Of a stretch of 45,054 bases of DNA, positions 1-9,800 are shown one piece after another. Location of the stretch: the sequence record PZ445537.1. One strand, written 5' to 3'. Under the pieces are notes generated by a model, which saw only the letters and a program-made list of their open reading frames with translations, made no database searches and was not told the DNA's origin. Position numbers and translations under genes: made by a program. Within the stretch, counting starts at the first letter, position 1. Every line of letters starts with the position of its first letter. The DNA is from a phage.

Positions 1-21
1 AATCCAGCAGATATTCAAAAC

Positions 22-213
22 ATGATCGACCGCTACGCTGCAGCCGAGCTGTCTGTTCTGGAGGGGAAATCAATCACTTTCAACGGGCAGCAGATGACGC
101 TCGAAAACCTGTCGGAAATCAGAAAAGGCCGTCAGGAATGGGAGCGACGACTGGCTACGCTCAATAACAAACGCCGCGGGCGACCCGGCTATAGGCTGGC
201 GAGGTTTGGATGA
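22..213 (+). CDS. gpW-like head-tail joining (head completion) protein
   Basis: 63-aa ORF directly after the terminase large-subunit frame; its stop overlaps the portal start (ATGA at 210-213); basic C-terminal tail; position matches lambda W. Assigned by synteny and size. Confidence 0.55.
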   Translation: MIDRYAAAELSVLEGKSITFNGQQMTLENLSEIRKGRQEWERRLATLNNKRRGRPGYRLARFG

Positions 214-1709
214 GTTTTTTAGATGATGCGATAGGCCTGTTTTCACCAGGCTGGAAAGCCTCACGCCTGCGTGCCCGCGCAGTTATTAAGGCGTATGAGG
301 CGGTAAAGCAAACGCGTACCCACAAAGCCCAGAAGGAAAATCGTTCAGCCGATCAGCTCAGCCAGATGGGGGCGGTTTCACTGAGGCAGCAGGCGCGCTG
401 GCTGGACAACAACCACGATCTGGTGATTGGCGTTTTCGACAAGCTGGAAGAAAGGGTGGTGGGTGCGAAGGGCATCATAGTTGAACCGCATCCGATGCTG
501 ACTAACGGGAAGATAGCTAAAAAGCTGGCCACTGATATCCGCAGAAAGTGGGGCGAATGGTCCGTAAGACCCGATGTTACAACCCAGTTTACCCGCCCCA
601 TGCTGGAGCGGCTGATGCTGCGAACGTGGCTCCGGGACGGTGAGGTATTTGCTCAGCTGGTTCGCGGTACCGGAAATGGTCTTCAGCCGGTTGCTGGCGT
701 GCCGTTCTGGCTGGAAGCGCTGGAGCCGGACTTCGTGCCGATGAACAGCGATGCCGCCACCCAGCTCAATCAGGGCGTTTTTGTCGATAACTGGGGGCGC
801 CCGAAAAAATATCAGGTCTATAAAAGCCTGCCAGTATCCGGGCGTCAGTTCGATACCAAAGAGATAGATGCAGAAAACATGCTTCATCTCAAATTCACAC
901 GACGCCTGCACCAGACCCGCGGAACGTCTCTATTGTCAGGTGTTCTGATGCGTCTGAGCGCGCTGAAAGAGTACGAGGACTCGGAGCTTACCGCTGCCAG
1001 AATTGCTGCCGCACTCGGCATGTATATCAAAAAAGGCGACGGACAGAGCTTCGAGTCTGATTCCAGCAGCGATGACCGCGAGCTGATGATTCAGCCCGGT
1101 ATGCTCTATGACGAGCTGCAGGCCGGGGAAGAAATCGGGATGATTAAATCCGATCGCCCGAACCCTAACCTAGAGTCGTTTCGTAACGGACAGCTGCGTG
1201 CCGTGTCCGCCGGCAGTCGCCTCAGCTTTTCCAGCACATCCAGAAACTACAACGGAACGTACAGTGCCCAGCGGCAGGAGCTTGTCGAGTCAACCGACGG
1301 ATATCTGATTCTTCAGGACTGGTTCATCGGTTCAGTGACCCGGCCCATGTACCGGGCCTGGCTGAAGATGGCTATTGCTGCCGGAGAAATCAAGCTGCCG
1401 AGAGGCATCGATATGGACTCGCTTTATAACGCGGTTTATTCGGGGCCCGTTATGCCGTGGATTGATCCCGTTAAAGAAGCGAATGCCTGGAAAACGCAGA
1501 TCCGCGGCGGTGCTGCTACTGAATCCGACTGGATACGTGCCAGCGGTCGCAACCCGGATGATGTTAAGTCACGCCGTAAAGCGGAGGTTGACGAGAACCG
1601 TGAACAGGGCCTGGTGTTTGACACCGACCCCGCCAATGATAAAGGAGGCACCAGTGCCGAAGCCAAAGAACCGGGCGCGCCACCGTCCGAAAGCCAGCGC
1701 AAAAAGTAA
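210..1709 (+). CDS. portal protein (lambda gpB position)
   Basis: 499-aa ORF between the gpW-like gene and the protease/capsid gene, translationally coupled to the upstream gene. Assigned by synteny and size; no search run. Confidence 0.8.
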   Translation: MSFLDDAIGLFSPGWKASRLRARAVIKAYEAVKQTRTHKAQKENRSADQLSQMGAVSLRQQARWLDNNHDLVIGVFDKLEERVVGAKGIIVEPHPMLTNGKIAKKLATDIRRKWGEWSVRPDVTTQFTRPMLERLMLRTWLRDGEVFAQLVRGTGNGLQPVAGVPFWLEALEPDFVPMNSDAATQLNQGVFVDNWGRPKKYQVYKSLPVSGRQFDTKEIDAENMLHLKFTRRLHQTRGTSLLSGVLMRLSALKEYEDSELTAARIAAALGMYIKKGDGQSFESDSSSDDRELMIQPGMLYDELQAGEEIGMIKSDRPNPNLESFRNGQLRAVSAGSRLSFSSTSRNYNGTYSAQRQELVESTDGYLILQDWFIGSVTRPMYRAWLKMAIAAGEIKLPRGIDMDSLYNAVYSGPVMPWIDPVKEANAWKTQIRGGAATESDWIRASGRNPDDVKSRRKAEVDENREQGLVFDTDPANDKGGTSAEAKEPGAPPSESQRKK

Positions 1710-1722
1710 TTCGTGGTTCCGC

Positions 1723-3669
1723 ATGCAGGCCAGCAATAACAGCGAGGCCGACATTTTTATCTATGACGAAATCGGGTACTGGGGCGTAACGGCGAAACAG
1801 TTCGTCAATGATCTCCGGGCACTTGGGGACGTCACCCACATCAACCTTTATATCAACTCGCCAGGTGGTGATGTCTTCGACGGTATTGCTATTTATAACG
1901 CGCTGAAGCACCACGGCGCGGCGATTACCGTGCATATCGACGGTCTCGCGGCCTCCATGGCCTCGGTGATTGCGATGGTAGGCAATCCGGTCATCATGCC
2001 TGAAAACACGATGATGATGATCCATAAGCCCTGGGGGTTTGCTGGTGGTGACGCGAGCGATATGCGCGACTATGCGGATCTTCTCGACAAGGTTGAATCC
2101 GTTCTTATCCCTGCTTATGCGCAGAAAACCGGAAAATCCACCGAAGAAATTGCGGCAATGCTGGAGGACGAAACCTGGATGAACGGCAGCGAGTGCCTTG
2201 AACTGGGTTTTGCCGACCAGGTGACACCATCCCTTCAGGCTATGGCCTGTATTCATTCAAAACGTATTGAGGAATTTGAAAAAATGCCAAAAAGCATTCG
2301 CAACATGATCACCCCGCCGCGCAACACTACCCAGCGTGACCCGGTTATTACCCAGCCTCAGGCACCGCAGGCAAAAACAGACCCGGCACCGGATGAAAAT
2401 GTGATCCGCGCGCAGGTGTTGGCTGAGCAGAAAGCCCGTGTTAACGCTATCGGCGATCTCTTTGCCATGTTCGGCAATAAGCACATGGAACTGCAGAATC
2501 AGTGTGTGGCCGACCCTGATTGTTCCGTCGATAAGGCGAAAGATTTGCTGCTGGCAGAACTCGGTAAAACGGCCACGCCGTCCAATAAAACCACCCAGCC
2601 GCATATTCATGCGGGCAACGGTAACTTCGTCGCGGATGGTATTCGCCAGGCACTGATGGCGCGTGCCGGGTTCGAAGGTCAGGAGCGGGATAACGTTTAT
2701 AACGGTATGACGCTGCGCGAGTATGCGCGTATGGCCCTGACTGAAAAAGGTATCGGCGTGGCCAGCTACAACCCGATGCAGATGGTTGGTCTGGCGCTGA
2801 CCCACAGCACCTCTGACTTTGGCAACATTCTGCTTGATGTTGCGAACAAAGCGCTGATTCAGGGCTGGGACGAGGCGCAGGAAACCTTCGAGCAGTGGAC
2901 CAAAAAAGGCCAGCTGTCGGACTTCAAAACGGCGCATCGTGTCGGTATGGGTGGTTTCCCTTCTCTGCGACAGGTTCGCGAAGGGGCTGAGTACAAGTAC
3001 ATCACTACCAGTGACAAAGGCGAAACCATCGCGCTTGCCACGTATGGTGAAATCTTCTCAGTAACCCGCCAGGCGATCATCAACGACGATCTGAACCAGC
3101 TTACCGACGTACCGATGAAGATGGGGCGCGCGGCGAAAGCAACGATTGGCGATCTGGTTTACGCCATTCTGACCAAAAACCCGAAACTCTCAGACGGAAA
3201 GGCGCTGTTCCATGCCGATCACAAGAACCTGAGCTCGGGCGCAATTTCTGTGGCCAGCCTGGACGAATCGCGCAAGCTGATGCGTCTGCAGAAGGAGGGG
3301 GAGCGAACCCTGAATATCCGTCCGGCCTACATGCTGGTGCCCGTCGCCCTGGAAACTCTGGCAAATCAGACCATCAAGTCGGCCAGTGTTAAAGGTGCAG
3401 ACATCAATGCCGGGATCGTTAACCCTATCCAGAACTTTGCAGAAGTCATTGCCGAACCGCGCCTGGATGAAGCTGATGCGAAAGCCTGGTATCTGGCCGC
3501 CGCGAAGGGCACCGACACCATCGAGGTCGCTTATCTCAACGGCGTCGACACGCCATACATCGATCAGCAGGAAGGCTTCACCACTGATGGTATCGCCACG
3601 AAAGTGCGTATTGATGCAGGTGTGGCGCCGCTGGACTATCGCGGCATGACCAAATCCTCTGGTCAGTAA
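1723..3669 (+). CDS. prohead protease (ClpP/S14-like) fused to major capsid protein
   Basis: First ATG after the portal stop within a longer in-frame ORF from 1375. N-terminal part has ClpP-type serine protease motifs (SPGGDV, GLAASMAS, MIHKPWG); C-terminal ~330 aa is capsid-like. One continuous frame with no internal stop, followed by a strong terminator. Confidence 0.8.
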   Translation: MQASNNSEADIFIYDEIGYWGVTAKQFVNDLRALGDVTHINLYINSPGGDVFDGIAIYNALKHHGAAITVHIDGLAASMASVIAMVGNPVIMPENTMMMIHKPWGFAGGDASDMRDYADLLDKVESVLIPAYAQKTGKSTEEIAAMLEDETWMNGSECLELGFADQVTPSLQAMACIHSKRIEEFEKMPKSIRNMITPPRNTTQRDPVITQPQAPQAKTDPAPDENVIRAQVLAEQKARVNAIGDLFAMFGNKHMELQNQCVADPDCSVDKAKDLLLAELGKTATPSNKTTQPHIHAGNGNFVADGIRQALMARAGFEGQERDNVYNGMTLREYARMALTEKGIGVASYNPMQMVGLALTHSTSDFGNILLDVANKALIQGWDEAQETFEQWTKKGQLSDFKTAHRVGMGGFPSLRQVREGAEYKYITTSDKGETIALATYGEIFSVTRQAIINDDLNQLTDVPMKMGRAAKATIGDLVYAILTKNPKLSDGKALFHADHKNLSSGAISVASLDESRKLMRLQKEGERTLNIRPAYMLVPVALETLANQTIKSASVKGADINAGIVNPIQNFAEVIAEPRLDEADAKAWYLAAAKGTDTIEVAYLNGVDTPYIDQQEGFTTDGIATKVRIDAGVAPLDYRGMTKSSGQ

Positions 3670-3691
3670 AAAACAGTCCTGACAAACAGAT

Positions 3692-3710
3692 GCCCGTAAG
3701 GGCTTTTTTT
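3692..3710 (+). terminator. intrinsic terminator after capsid gene
   Basis: Hairpin GCCCGTAAGGGC (3692-3703) followed by TTTTTTT (3704-3710); a second hairpin CAGCCCCGCAAGGGGCTG at 3722-3739 lies just before the next RBS. Confidence 0.6.
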
Positions 3711-3751
3711 ATACCTGAAACCAGCCCCGCAAGGGGCTGAATGGAGAAGTT

Positions 3752-4078
3752 ATGGCTAAGAACTATGCGCAGGACGGGAAAACGATCCCTCTGGTAAACG
3801 GCGGTGCAACCGATGTTCACAGCGGCGACCCGGTTGTTGTTGGAAAACTTATCGCGGTGGCAATTACCGATATCCCGGCTGGCGATACCGGGGACGGTTT
3901 TACTGAGGGTGTTTTCCTTCTGCCAAAAGTAACCGCAGATGCGGTTACTGCCGGGGCGCAGGTGTATCTGAAGGACGGCAAAATCACGATCGAAGAAACG
4001 GACGCCGTTGCCGCGGGCATCGCCTGGGAAGATGCAGGGGCAAACACCACCGTTGTTGAAGTTAAGATCAATGCCTAA
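3752..4078 (+). CDS. DUF2190-like small head protein (putative decoration/cement protein)
   Basis: 108 aa starting MAKNYAQDGKTIPLVNGG, Gly/Ala/Thr-rich; lies immediately after the capsid gene where lambda has D/FI. Family name is from memory. Confidence 0.6.
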   Translation: MAKNYAQDGKTIPLVNGGATDVHSGDPVVVGKLIAVAITDIPAGDTGDGFTEGVFLLPKVTADAVTAGAQVYLKDGKITIEETDAVAAGIAWEDAGANTTVVEVKINA

Positions 4079-4346
4079 CCCCTTTGACCGGATGGCGGCG
4101 CGCATGGACGCGGCCACCATAAAAAAGATGGGAAAGACAGCGATCATCAATGGCAGCAGCTATGACGTTGTTCCAGCCGATCAACTCGAGGAAATGGGAC
4201 CATTGTCGGGAACAGGTACTTCGCTGGTGGTTTTCTCTGAGCTTTACCAGCCACGCCGAAACGACAGCGTCGACTACGACGGTAAGAACCTGACCGTTAC
4301 CCGCTATGACATGTTCAACGGAAAACCCCGCATCCATCTCGAATGA
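4071..4346 (+). CDS. head-tail joining protein (lambda FII position)
   Basis: 91 aa from ATG 4071 (overlaps upstream stop, ATGCCTAA); the ORF track start at 4008 is in the same frame but overlaps the previous gene. Sits between head and Z/U tail-completion genes. Confidence 0.45.
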   Translation: MPNPFDRMAARMDAATIKKMGKTAIINGSSYDVVPADQLEEMGPLSGTGTSLVVFSELYQPRRNDSVDYDGKNLTVTRYDMFNGKPRIHLE

Positions 4347-4355
4347 GGAGGCGCT

Positions 4356-4934
4356 ATGTCTGTGAAAGGACTGGAAAGGGCTATTCAGAACCTGAACAGC
4401 CTCAGCCGGTTAATCGTTCCTGAGGCAACCGCAAAAGCACTAAACCGGGTGGCCAGCAGAACGATAAGCCAGGGGAGCAAAGCTGTAGCGAAAGAAGCAA
4501 CAGTTGATGATAACCGGAAAAAGGGGCTTCCGGTTCGTCTGGTCCGCCAGCGTTCCCGTCTGCGCAAGGCCCGTCACGATCGCCCGGTCGCGTCGATAAA
4601 AATCAACCGCGGTAATCTTCCTGCGATAAAGCTTGGCACGGCGCGCGTCCGGCTCTCGCGTAAAAAAGGGGCCAGAAACGGAGCGGGCAGCGTCCTTAAA
4701 ATCGGGCCCTATACCTTTCGTAACGCTTTTATCCAACAGCTCTCGAACGGGCGCTGGCAGGTCATGCGGCGCGTAGGTCAGGCCCGTTATCCGATTGATG
4801 TGGTCAAAGTTCCTCTTGAGACACCGCTCACCGTGGCCTTCACCGCTATTTCAAAGCGCCTTATTGAAAGCGATATGCCCAAAGAACTTTCCGCAGCCCT
4901 GAAAAACCAACTGAGGATCCACCTGAAGCGATGA
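4356..4934 (+). CDS. minor tail protein Z-like (tail completion)
   Basis: 192 aa, same length as lambda gpZ, directly upstream of an unambiguous gpU homologue and coupled to it (ATGA at 4931-4934). Confidence 0.6.
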   Translation: MSVKGLERAIQNLNSLSRLIVPEATAKALNRVASRTISQGSKAVAKEATVDDNRKKGLPVRLVRQRSRLRKARHDRPVASIKINRGNLPAIKLGTARVRLSRKKGARNGAGSVLKIGPYTFRNAFIQQLSNGRWQVMRRVGQARYPIDVVKVPLETPLTVAFTAISKRLIESDMPKELSAALKNQLRIHLKR

Positions 4935-5332
4935 ACAGACACAGCGCAATTCGTGCAGCCATTCTGGCAAAACTGAAAGCCGAGATCACCGACACGGTCA
5001 CCTGGTTTGACGGGCGCCCTGTTTTTCTTGAAGAGCAGGATCTCCCTGCCGTGGCTGTATACCTTTCTGACGCGGAGTACACCGGCGATTCGCTTGACGA
5101 AGATTCGTGGCAGGCGGTTGTTCACATCGAGGTATTTCTTAAAGCCTCCAGCCCCGACAGCGCGCTTGATTCCTGGATGGAAGAGAAAGTGTATCCGGCA
5201 ATGGCCTTCATCCCGGGTCTGACCGAACTGGTCGAGACGTTCACCCCGCAGGGTTATGACTATCAGCGGGATGATGAAATGGCCACCTGGGGTTCAGTCG
5301 ATTTCACGTACTTAATCACCTATTCAATTTAA
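4931..5332 (+). CDS. U: tail terminator protein gpU
   Basis: 133 aa; clear collinear similarity to lambda gpU as recalled (FDGRP, FPAVAVYL, AEYTG, HIEVFL, GYDY-RDD, TY-ITY). Confidence 0.9.
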   Translation: MNRHSAIRAAILAKLKAEITDTVTWFDGRPVFLEEQDLPAVAVYLSDAEYTGDSLDEDSWQAVVHIEVFLKASSPDSALDSWMEEKVYPAMAFIPGLTELVETFTPQGYDYQRDDEMATWGSVDFTYLITYSI

Positions 5333-5341
5333 GAGGTACTT

Positions 5342-6085
5342 ATGCCTACTCCAAACCCGCTGGCCCCCGTGAAAGGTGCCGGTACCACCCTCTGGCTTTA
5401 CACCGGAACGGGCAACGCTTTCGCTAACCCACTCTCGGATATCGACTGGAACCGCCTGGCGAAAATTAAAGAGCTGACGCCGGGCGAAATGACCGCCGAA
5501 TCGTATGACGACACTTACCTCGACGACGAGGATGCCGACTGGAACGCGACGGCCCAGGGGGCAAAATCTGCTGGCGATACCTCGTTCACCCTCGCCTGGA
5601 AGCCGGGCGAAGAAGGGCAAAAAGACCTTGTCGCATGGTTTATTGATGGCTCAGTACGTTATTACAAAATCAAATACCCGAACGGTACCGTCGACGTTTT
5701 CCGCGGCTGGTGCAGCAGCCTGGGTAAAGCCATTCCGGCAAAAGAGGTCATTACCCGTACAGCGAAAATCACCAATACCGGCAAGCCGGAACTGGCAGAA
5801 GAAAGCGGGACCCCGAATATCCCCGTGACCGGCGTTACGCTCGATAAAGCCACGGCAAGCGTGGCCGTCGGCGCAACCACAACGCTCAATGTGGCGGTTA
5901 ACCCTGCCAGTGCCTCAGATACCTCGTTCCGCGTGGCAACCTCCGACGGGGCAAAAGCAACGGTCACCGTTAGCGGCAACGCGATCACCGTCACCGGCGT
6001 GGCGGCAGGCACCGCTGACGTTATTGTTATGACCAGCGACGGTAATTTCGTTGCGGTCTGCAAAGTCACCGTAACTGCAGCGTAA
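5342..6085 (+). CDS. V: major tail protein gpV with C-terminal Ig-like domain
   Basis: 247 aa; N-terminus [18 protein letters not shown] and the [33 protein letters not shown] blocks match lambda gpV almost residue for residue; strong RBS AAGAGG. Confidence 0.95.
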   Translation: MPTPNPLAPVKGAGTTLWLYTGTGNAFANPLSDIDWNRLAKIKELTPGEMTAESYDDTYLDDEDADWNATAQGAKSAGDTSFTLAWKPGEEGQKDLVAWFIDGSVRYYKIKYPNGTVDVFRGWCSSLGKAIPAKEVITRTAKITNTGKPELAEESGTPNIPVTGVTLDKATASVAVGATTTLNVAVNPASASDTSFRVATSDGAKATVTVSGNAITVTGVAAGTADVIVMTSDGNFVAVCKVTVTAA

Positions 6086-6095
6086 GGAAGGACGC

Positions 6096-6527
6096 ATGTT
6101 TCTGAAAAAAGAGAAGTTCACCTGGCAAACAGAATCCCTGACCATCTTCGAGCTGTCGGCGCTGCAGCGTATTGAGTACATCACGTTTATGGCCGCAGAG
6201 GAAAAGGCCGTCAGCGCTGACAGCGACGGCATCAGCGATCAGGAAATGACGGCCAGGCTGATAGGCTCAAATATTCGCTGCGGTGCGCGTTTGATCGCGA
6301 TGTCTTTGTGGCATAACGATCCGGCTGGCACGGATGTGGAAACGCTTTATCAGCAGGTGCTTAGCGGCTGGCCGCCAGAGGCGATCGGTAAAGCAGAAAT
6401 GGAAATAAAGCTGCTCTCCGGCATGCTCGTTCCGGTTGAGGGTGACAACGCTGCCGATCCGGATGCCTCAGCGGAGGCCGAAAGCGCTGAACCCGTTACG
6501 GCGGAAAAGCCCTTGCCAGCGAGCTGA
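6096..6527 (+). CDS. G: tail assembly chaperone gpG
   Basis: 143 aa; MFLK start, LSALQRIE and AMSLWHN blocks match lambda gpG; acidic C-terminus. Confidence 0.9.
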   Translation: MFLKKEKFTWQTESLTIFELSALQRIEYITFMAAEEKAVSADSDGISDQEMTARLIGSNIRCGARLIAMSLWHNDPAGTDVETLYQQVLSGWPPEAIGKAEMEIKLLSGMLVPVEGDNAADPDASAEAESAEPVTAEKPLPAS

Positions 6528-6850
6528 AGTTTGTCCTGAATCTGGCGCGCGAGTTCGGGCGACCCGACTGGCGCGCCATGCTGGCTGGAATGACTTCCAG
6601 TGAGCTGGGCGACTGGCACCAGTTCTATCGGGAGCATTATTTTCAGGACGCGCAGCTCGATGCGCATTTCTCAGAGCTGCTTTATTCCATCTCCACTCTT
6701 TTCTTCCGCGACCCAGAACTTACCCCCGCACATTTCAGCCTGCTTTCTCCTTCCGGTATCGTCATCAGCGATGACGAGCCGGATGATGATGCGCTGATGA
6801 CCGCAGCTGAGGGGATAACAGGAGGTATCCGATATGGCCCAGCAGATTAG
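6491..6850 (+). CDS. T: gpT frame, expressed as gpG-T fusion by -1 programmed frameshift
   Basis: The -1 frame relative to G is open from 6491 (after TGA 6488-6490) to the stop at 6848-6850, overlapping the last 12 codons of G; no good independent start or RBS. Arrangement matches the conserved lambdoid G/GT frameshift. Confidence 0.7.
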   Translation, partial: TRYGGKALASELKFVLNLAREFGRPDWRAMLAGMTSSELGDWHQFYREHYFQDAQLDAHFSELLYSISTLFFRDPELTPAHFSLLSPSGIVISDDEPDDDALMTAAEGITGGIRYGPAD

Positions 6851-9800
6851 CGATCTGGTCATCAACCTTGACGTCGACAGCGCCACGTTTAGTGAGCAGG
6901 TTGCCCGCATAAAGGGCCAGCTAACCGGGATGGCTGAGGACTCTGAAAAAGTCCAGACGCGAATGCAGCGCGCTTCCGAGCGGCAGGCGGCTGCGTTTAA
7001 AACCGTGGGCGACGCCGGCGCGGCGGCTGCCGCAGATATGAAATCCCGCCAGTCGGCCGCAACGGAAGGGCTGACCAAAGACTGGCAGAACGTTTCCAGG
7101 TCCGTTGATGAAACTCACCGCCGCGTGACCGAGCTTAATCAGCGCATGCGTGAGAATGACGGGCAGGCCGCAGCGCTTGCCCGTCGACAGGATGAACTGG
7201 CGGCATCATTTTTCCGCCAGATTGACGGCGTTCGCCAGCTCAATGGTGAGACACAGTCGCTTGCGAACGTGCAGGCGCGCTTTCGCGCAGCCAGGGCACA
7301 GGGCAACATAACCCAGCAGGATTATCTCGCCCTTATTTCCCGTACCACGGCCCGGCAAAAAGAACTGCAGATCGTGGAGGAAAAATCGGCCGCCGCGCGC
7401 ACGCGATTCCTCAGCCAGCTGAAGCAACAGGTTGCTGAGCAAAAGCTCTCCGGTACCGAGCTGCTGCGCATGAAGGCGGCGCAGGTCGGTGCCAGCGATG
7501 CGGCTGAGGTCTATATCCGCAAGCTTGAAGCTGCAAAAGTGGCCACGCACGGTCTGGGGCTGCAAAGCGCTGCTGCCCGGCAGGAGTTGGGGGTACTTAT
7601 CGGCGAGGTCATGCGCGGTAACTTCGGTGCGCTGCGCGGCTCCGGGATCACGCTGGCGAACCGGGCAGGATGGATAGACCAGCTGCTGTCGCTACGCGGC
7701 CTGGGGATCGCCGGCCTGGTTGGTGGGATTGCCGCGGCGGTATTCGGGCTGGGTAAGGCCTGGTATGACGGCAGCAAAGAGTCTGAGGAATTTAACAGGC
7801 AGCTGATCCTGACCGGGAACTACGCGGGGAAAACGTCAGGGCAGCTTCAGGCGCTGGCGCGCTCGCTGGCCGGTAATGGCATCACGCAGCATGCCGCTGC
7901 AGGCGTGCTGGCGCAGGTCGTTGGAAGCGGCGCGTTCAGCGGGAATGACGTCAGCATGGTCAGCAATGTTGCCGCCAGGCTGCAGCAGGCTACCGGGCAG
8001 GCCGTCGACGAAACCATAAATCAGTTTAAACGCCTGAAGGATGATCCGGTTAATGCGGTCGCGACGCTTAACGATTCCCTTCACTTTCTGACGGCCACCC
8101 AGTATGAACAGATTGCTTCTGCTCAGGCGCTGGGGGATTCGCAGAAAGCTGCCGAGCTGGCCATGCGGGCATATTCCGACGCGGTCATTCAGCGCGCCGG
8201 TGCGGTCGAGGATAATCTCGGAACCCTCGAAAAAGCCTGGAACTGGGTGAAGAATGCCGCCTCCGGCGCATGGGATGCGATGCTGGGCGTCGGGCGTAAT
8301 CCTGACACCGCGATGAAGCGCCAGGACTCTTTTGCTGAATGGCAGGCAGCAGAGAAAGAGTATCGCGCGCTGTCCAGCAATCTTAAAGTCGACCCGGATT
8401 ATGCCGGTAACAACGTTCTGCAGAAAGCGGATGCGGAAAGGCTCAGAAACGCGCGCCAGCAGGTGGAGCTGAAAAAGCAGGCTTACGATCTTGCCGATCA
8501 GCAATACGCCCAGGAAGGGCTGGCAGCCGCGCGGGAAAAAATGCGGACGGACCAGCAGGCTCAGGCAATCCGCAACCAGCAGCAGTTTAACCAGCTGGTG
8601 GAGTCCGGTGCGACGGCGGCAGAAAAGCGGGCTTCAGCAGAGAAAAAGCTCAGTCAGCTTATTGAGAAAAACCGCCAGGATGCGAAAGACGGTGTCGCCA
8701 CGCTGTGGACAGAAAAGGACATTGCCGCGGCCCGCGCCGGGATTGAAAAGCAGTGGAAGGATCCAAAAACGCCGAAAGGCAAAAGCTACGCAACGCCCGC
8801 CGGGGACAAAGCCGAGGAAAAGGCGCAGGCCGAACTTCTCACCCTTCAGGCCCAGCTTAAAACGCTTGAGCAGCATACCAGCGTGAACGACGTCATAAGT
8901 AAACAGCGTCAGGATCTCTGGCAGACTGAAAATCAGTTCACCGTTCTGCAGGAGGCGGCTGGGCGTCGTCAGCTTACGGCGCAGGAAAAATCCCTGCTGG
9001 CGCACAAGGAAGAAACGCTCGAGTACAAGCGGCAGCTGGCCGACCTGGGCGATAAGGTTGCCAGCCAGCAAAAGCTCAACCAGCTGGCCGATCAGGCCGT
9101 GAAGTTTGAGCAGCAGCAAAAAGCCGCCAGGGCGGGCCTGCAGGCTCAGTCTGAGGGGGTATCCACCCGGGAAGCCGGGCGACAAACTACGCTGCAGCGT
9201 CTCAGCGAAAGCTATTCGTACAACCCTCAGGCGCAGCAAAAGGTTCTGGAAGAGCAAAGGGCGACGTTCGAGGCTGAAGATGCCCTGCGCGCAAACTGGC
9301 TGGCCGGTGCGAAACAGGGCTGGGCCGAATATCAGGATTCAGCGACAAACGTTTTCAGCTCTGTTCAGCAGATTTCGCAGGCTACGTTCAGCGGGCTGGC
9401 GGGCCAGCTTACCAGCCTGACGACAACCGGGAAGGCGAGCTTCAGGGACTTCACCAGCTCGATCCTTAAAATGATTGTGTCCGTTATCAACCAGCTGCTG
9501 GTGGCTTATACCATCCAGAGCGCTATGGGCTGGGTGAGCGGCGGGGCGAAAACCTCCTCTGCAGGCCAGTCATTCGCGGTTCCGTCATTCCGGCCACAGG
9601 GCTATGACGTGGGCGGTTTTACCGGGCACGGCGGCAAATATGAGCCCGCAGGCGTGGTACATCGCGGGGAATTCGTATTCACCAAAGAATCGACCAGCCG
9701 CATCGGTGTGGCAAATCTCTATCGCCTCATGCGCGGGTATGCCTCGGGTGGTCTCGTCGGCAGCGGGAGCGCAGCCGGTGCTGGGATGGGTGGGATCAAT

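Noticed and set aside
1375-1722. Protease/capsid ORF starting at 1375
   Set aside because: Would overlap the last 335 nt of the portal gene in another frame; the first ATG after the portal stop (1723) is preferred.
378-2937. Minus-strand ORFs of 177, 230 and 226 aa (378-911, 1564-2256, 2257-2937) inside the portal and protease/capsid genes
   Set aside because: Antisense to well-supported structural genes and no start signals; judged spurious.
3578-4150. Minus-strand 190-aa ORF spanning the capsid terminator and decoration-like gene
   Set aside because: Crosses an intrinsic terminator and overlaps two plus-strand genes with good signals; junk-like sequence.
7206-9257. Minus-strand ORFs of 119, 222 and 207 aa (7206-7565, 7836-8504, 8634-9257) inside the tape measure gene
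   Set aside because: Entirely antisense to a strongly supported gpH homologue; arginine/leucine-rich as expected for a GC-rich alternative frame; no RBS.
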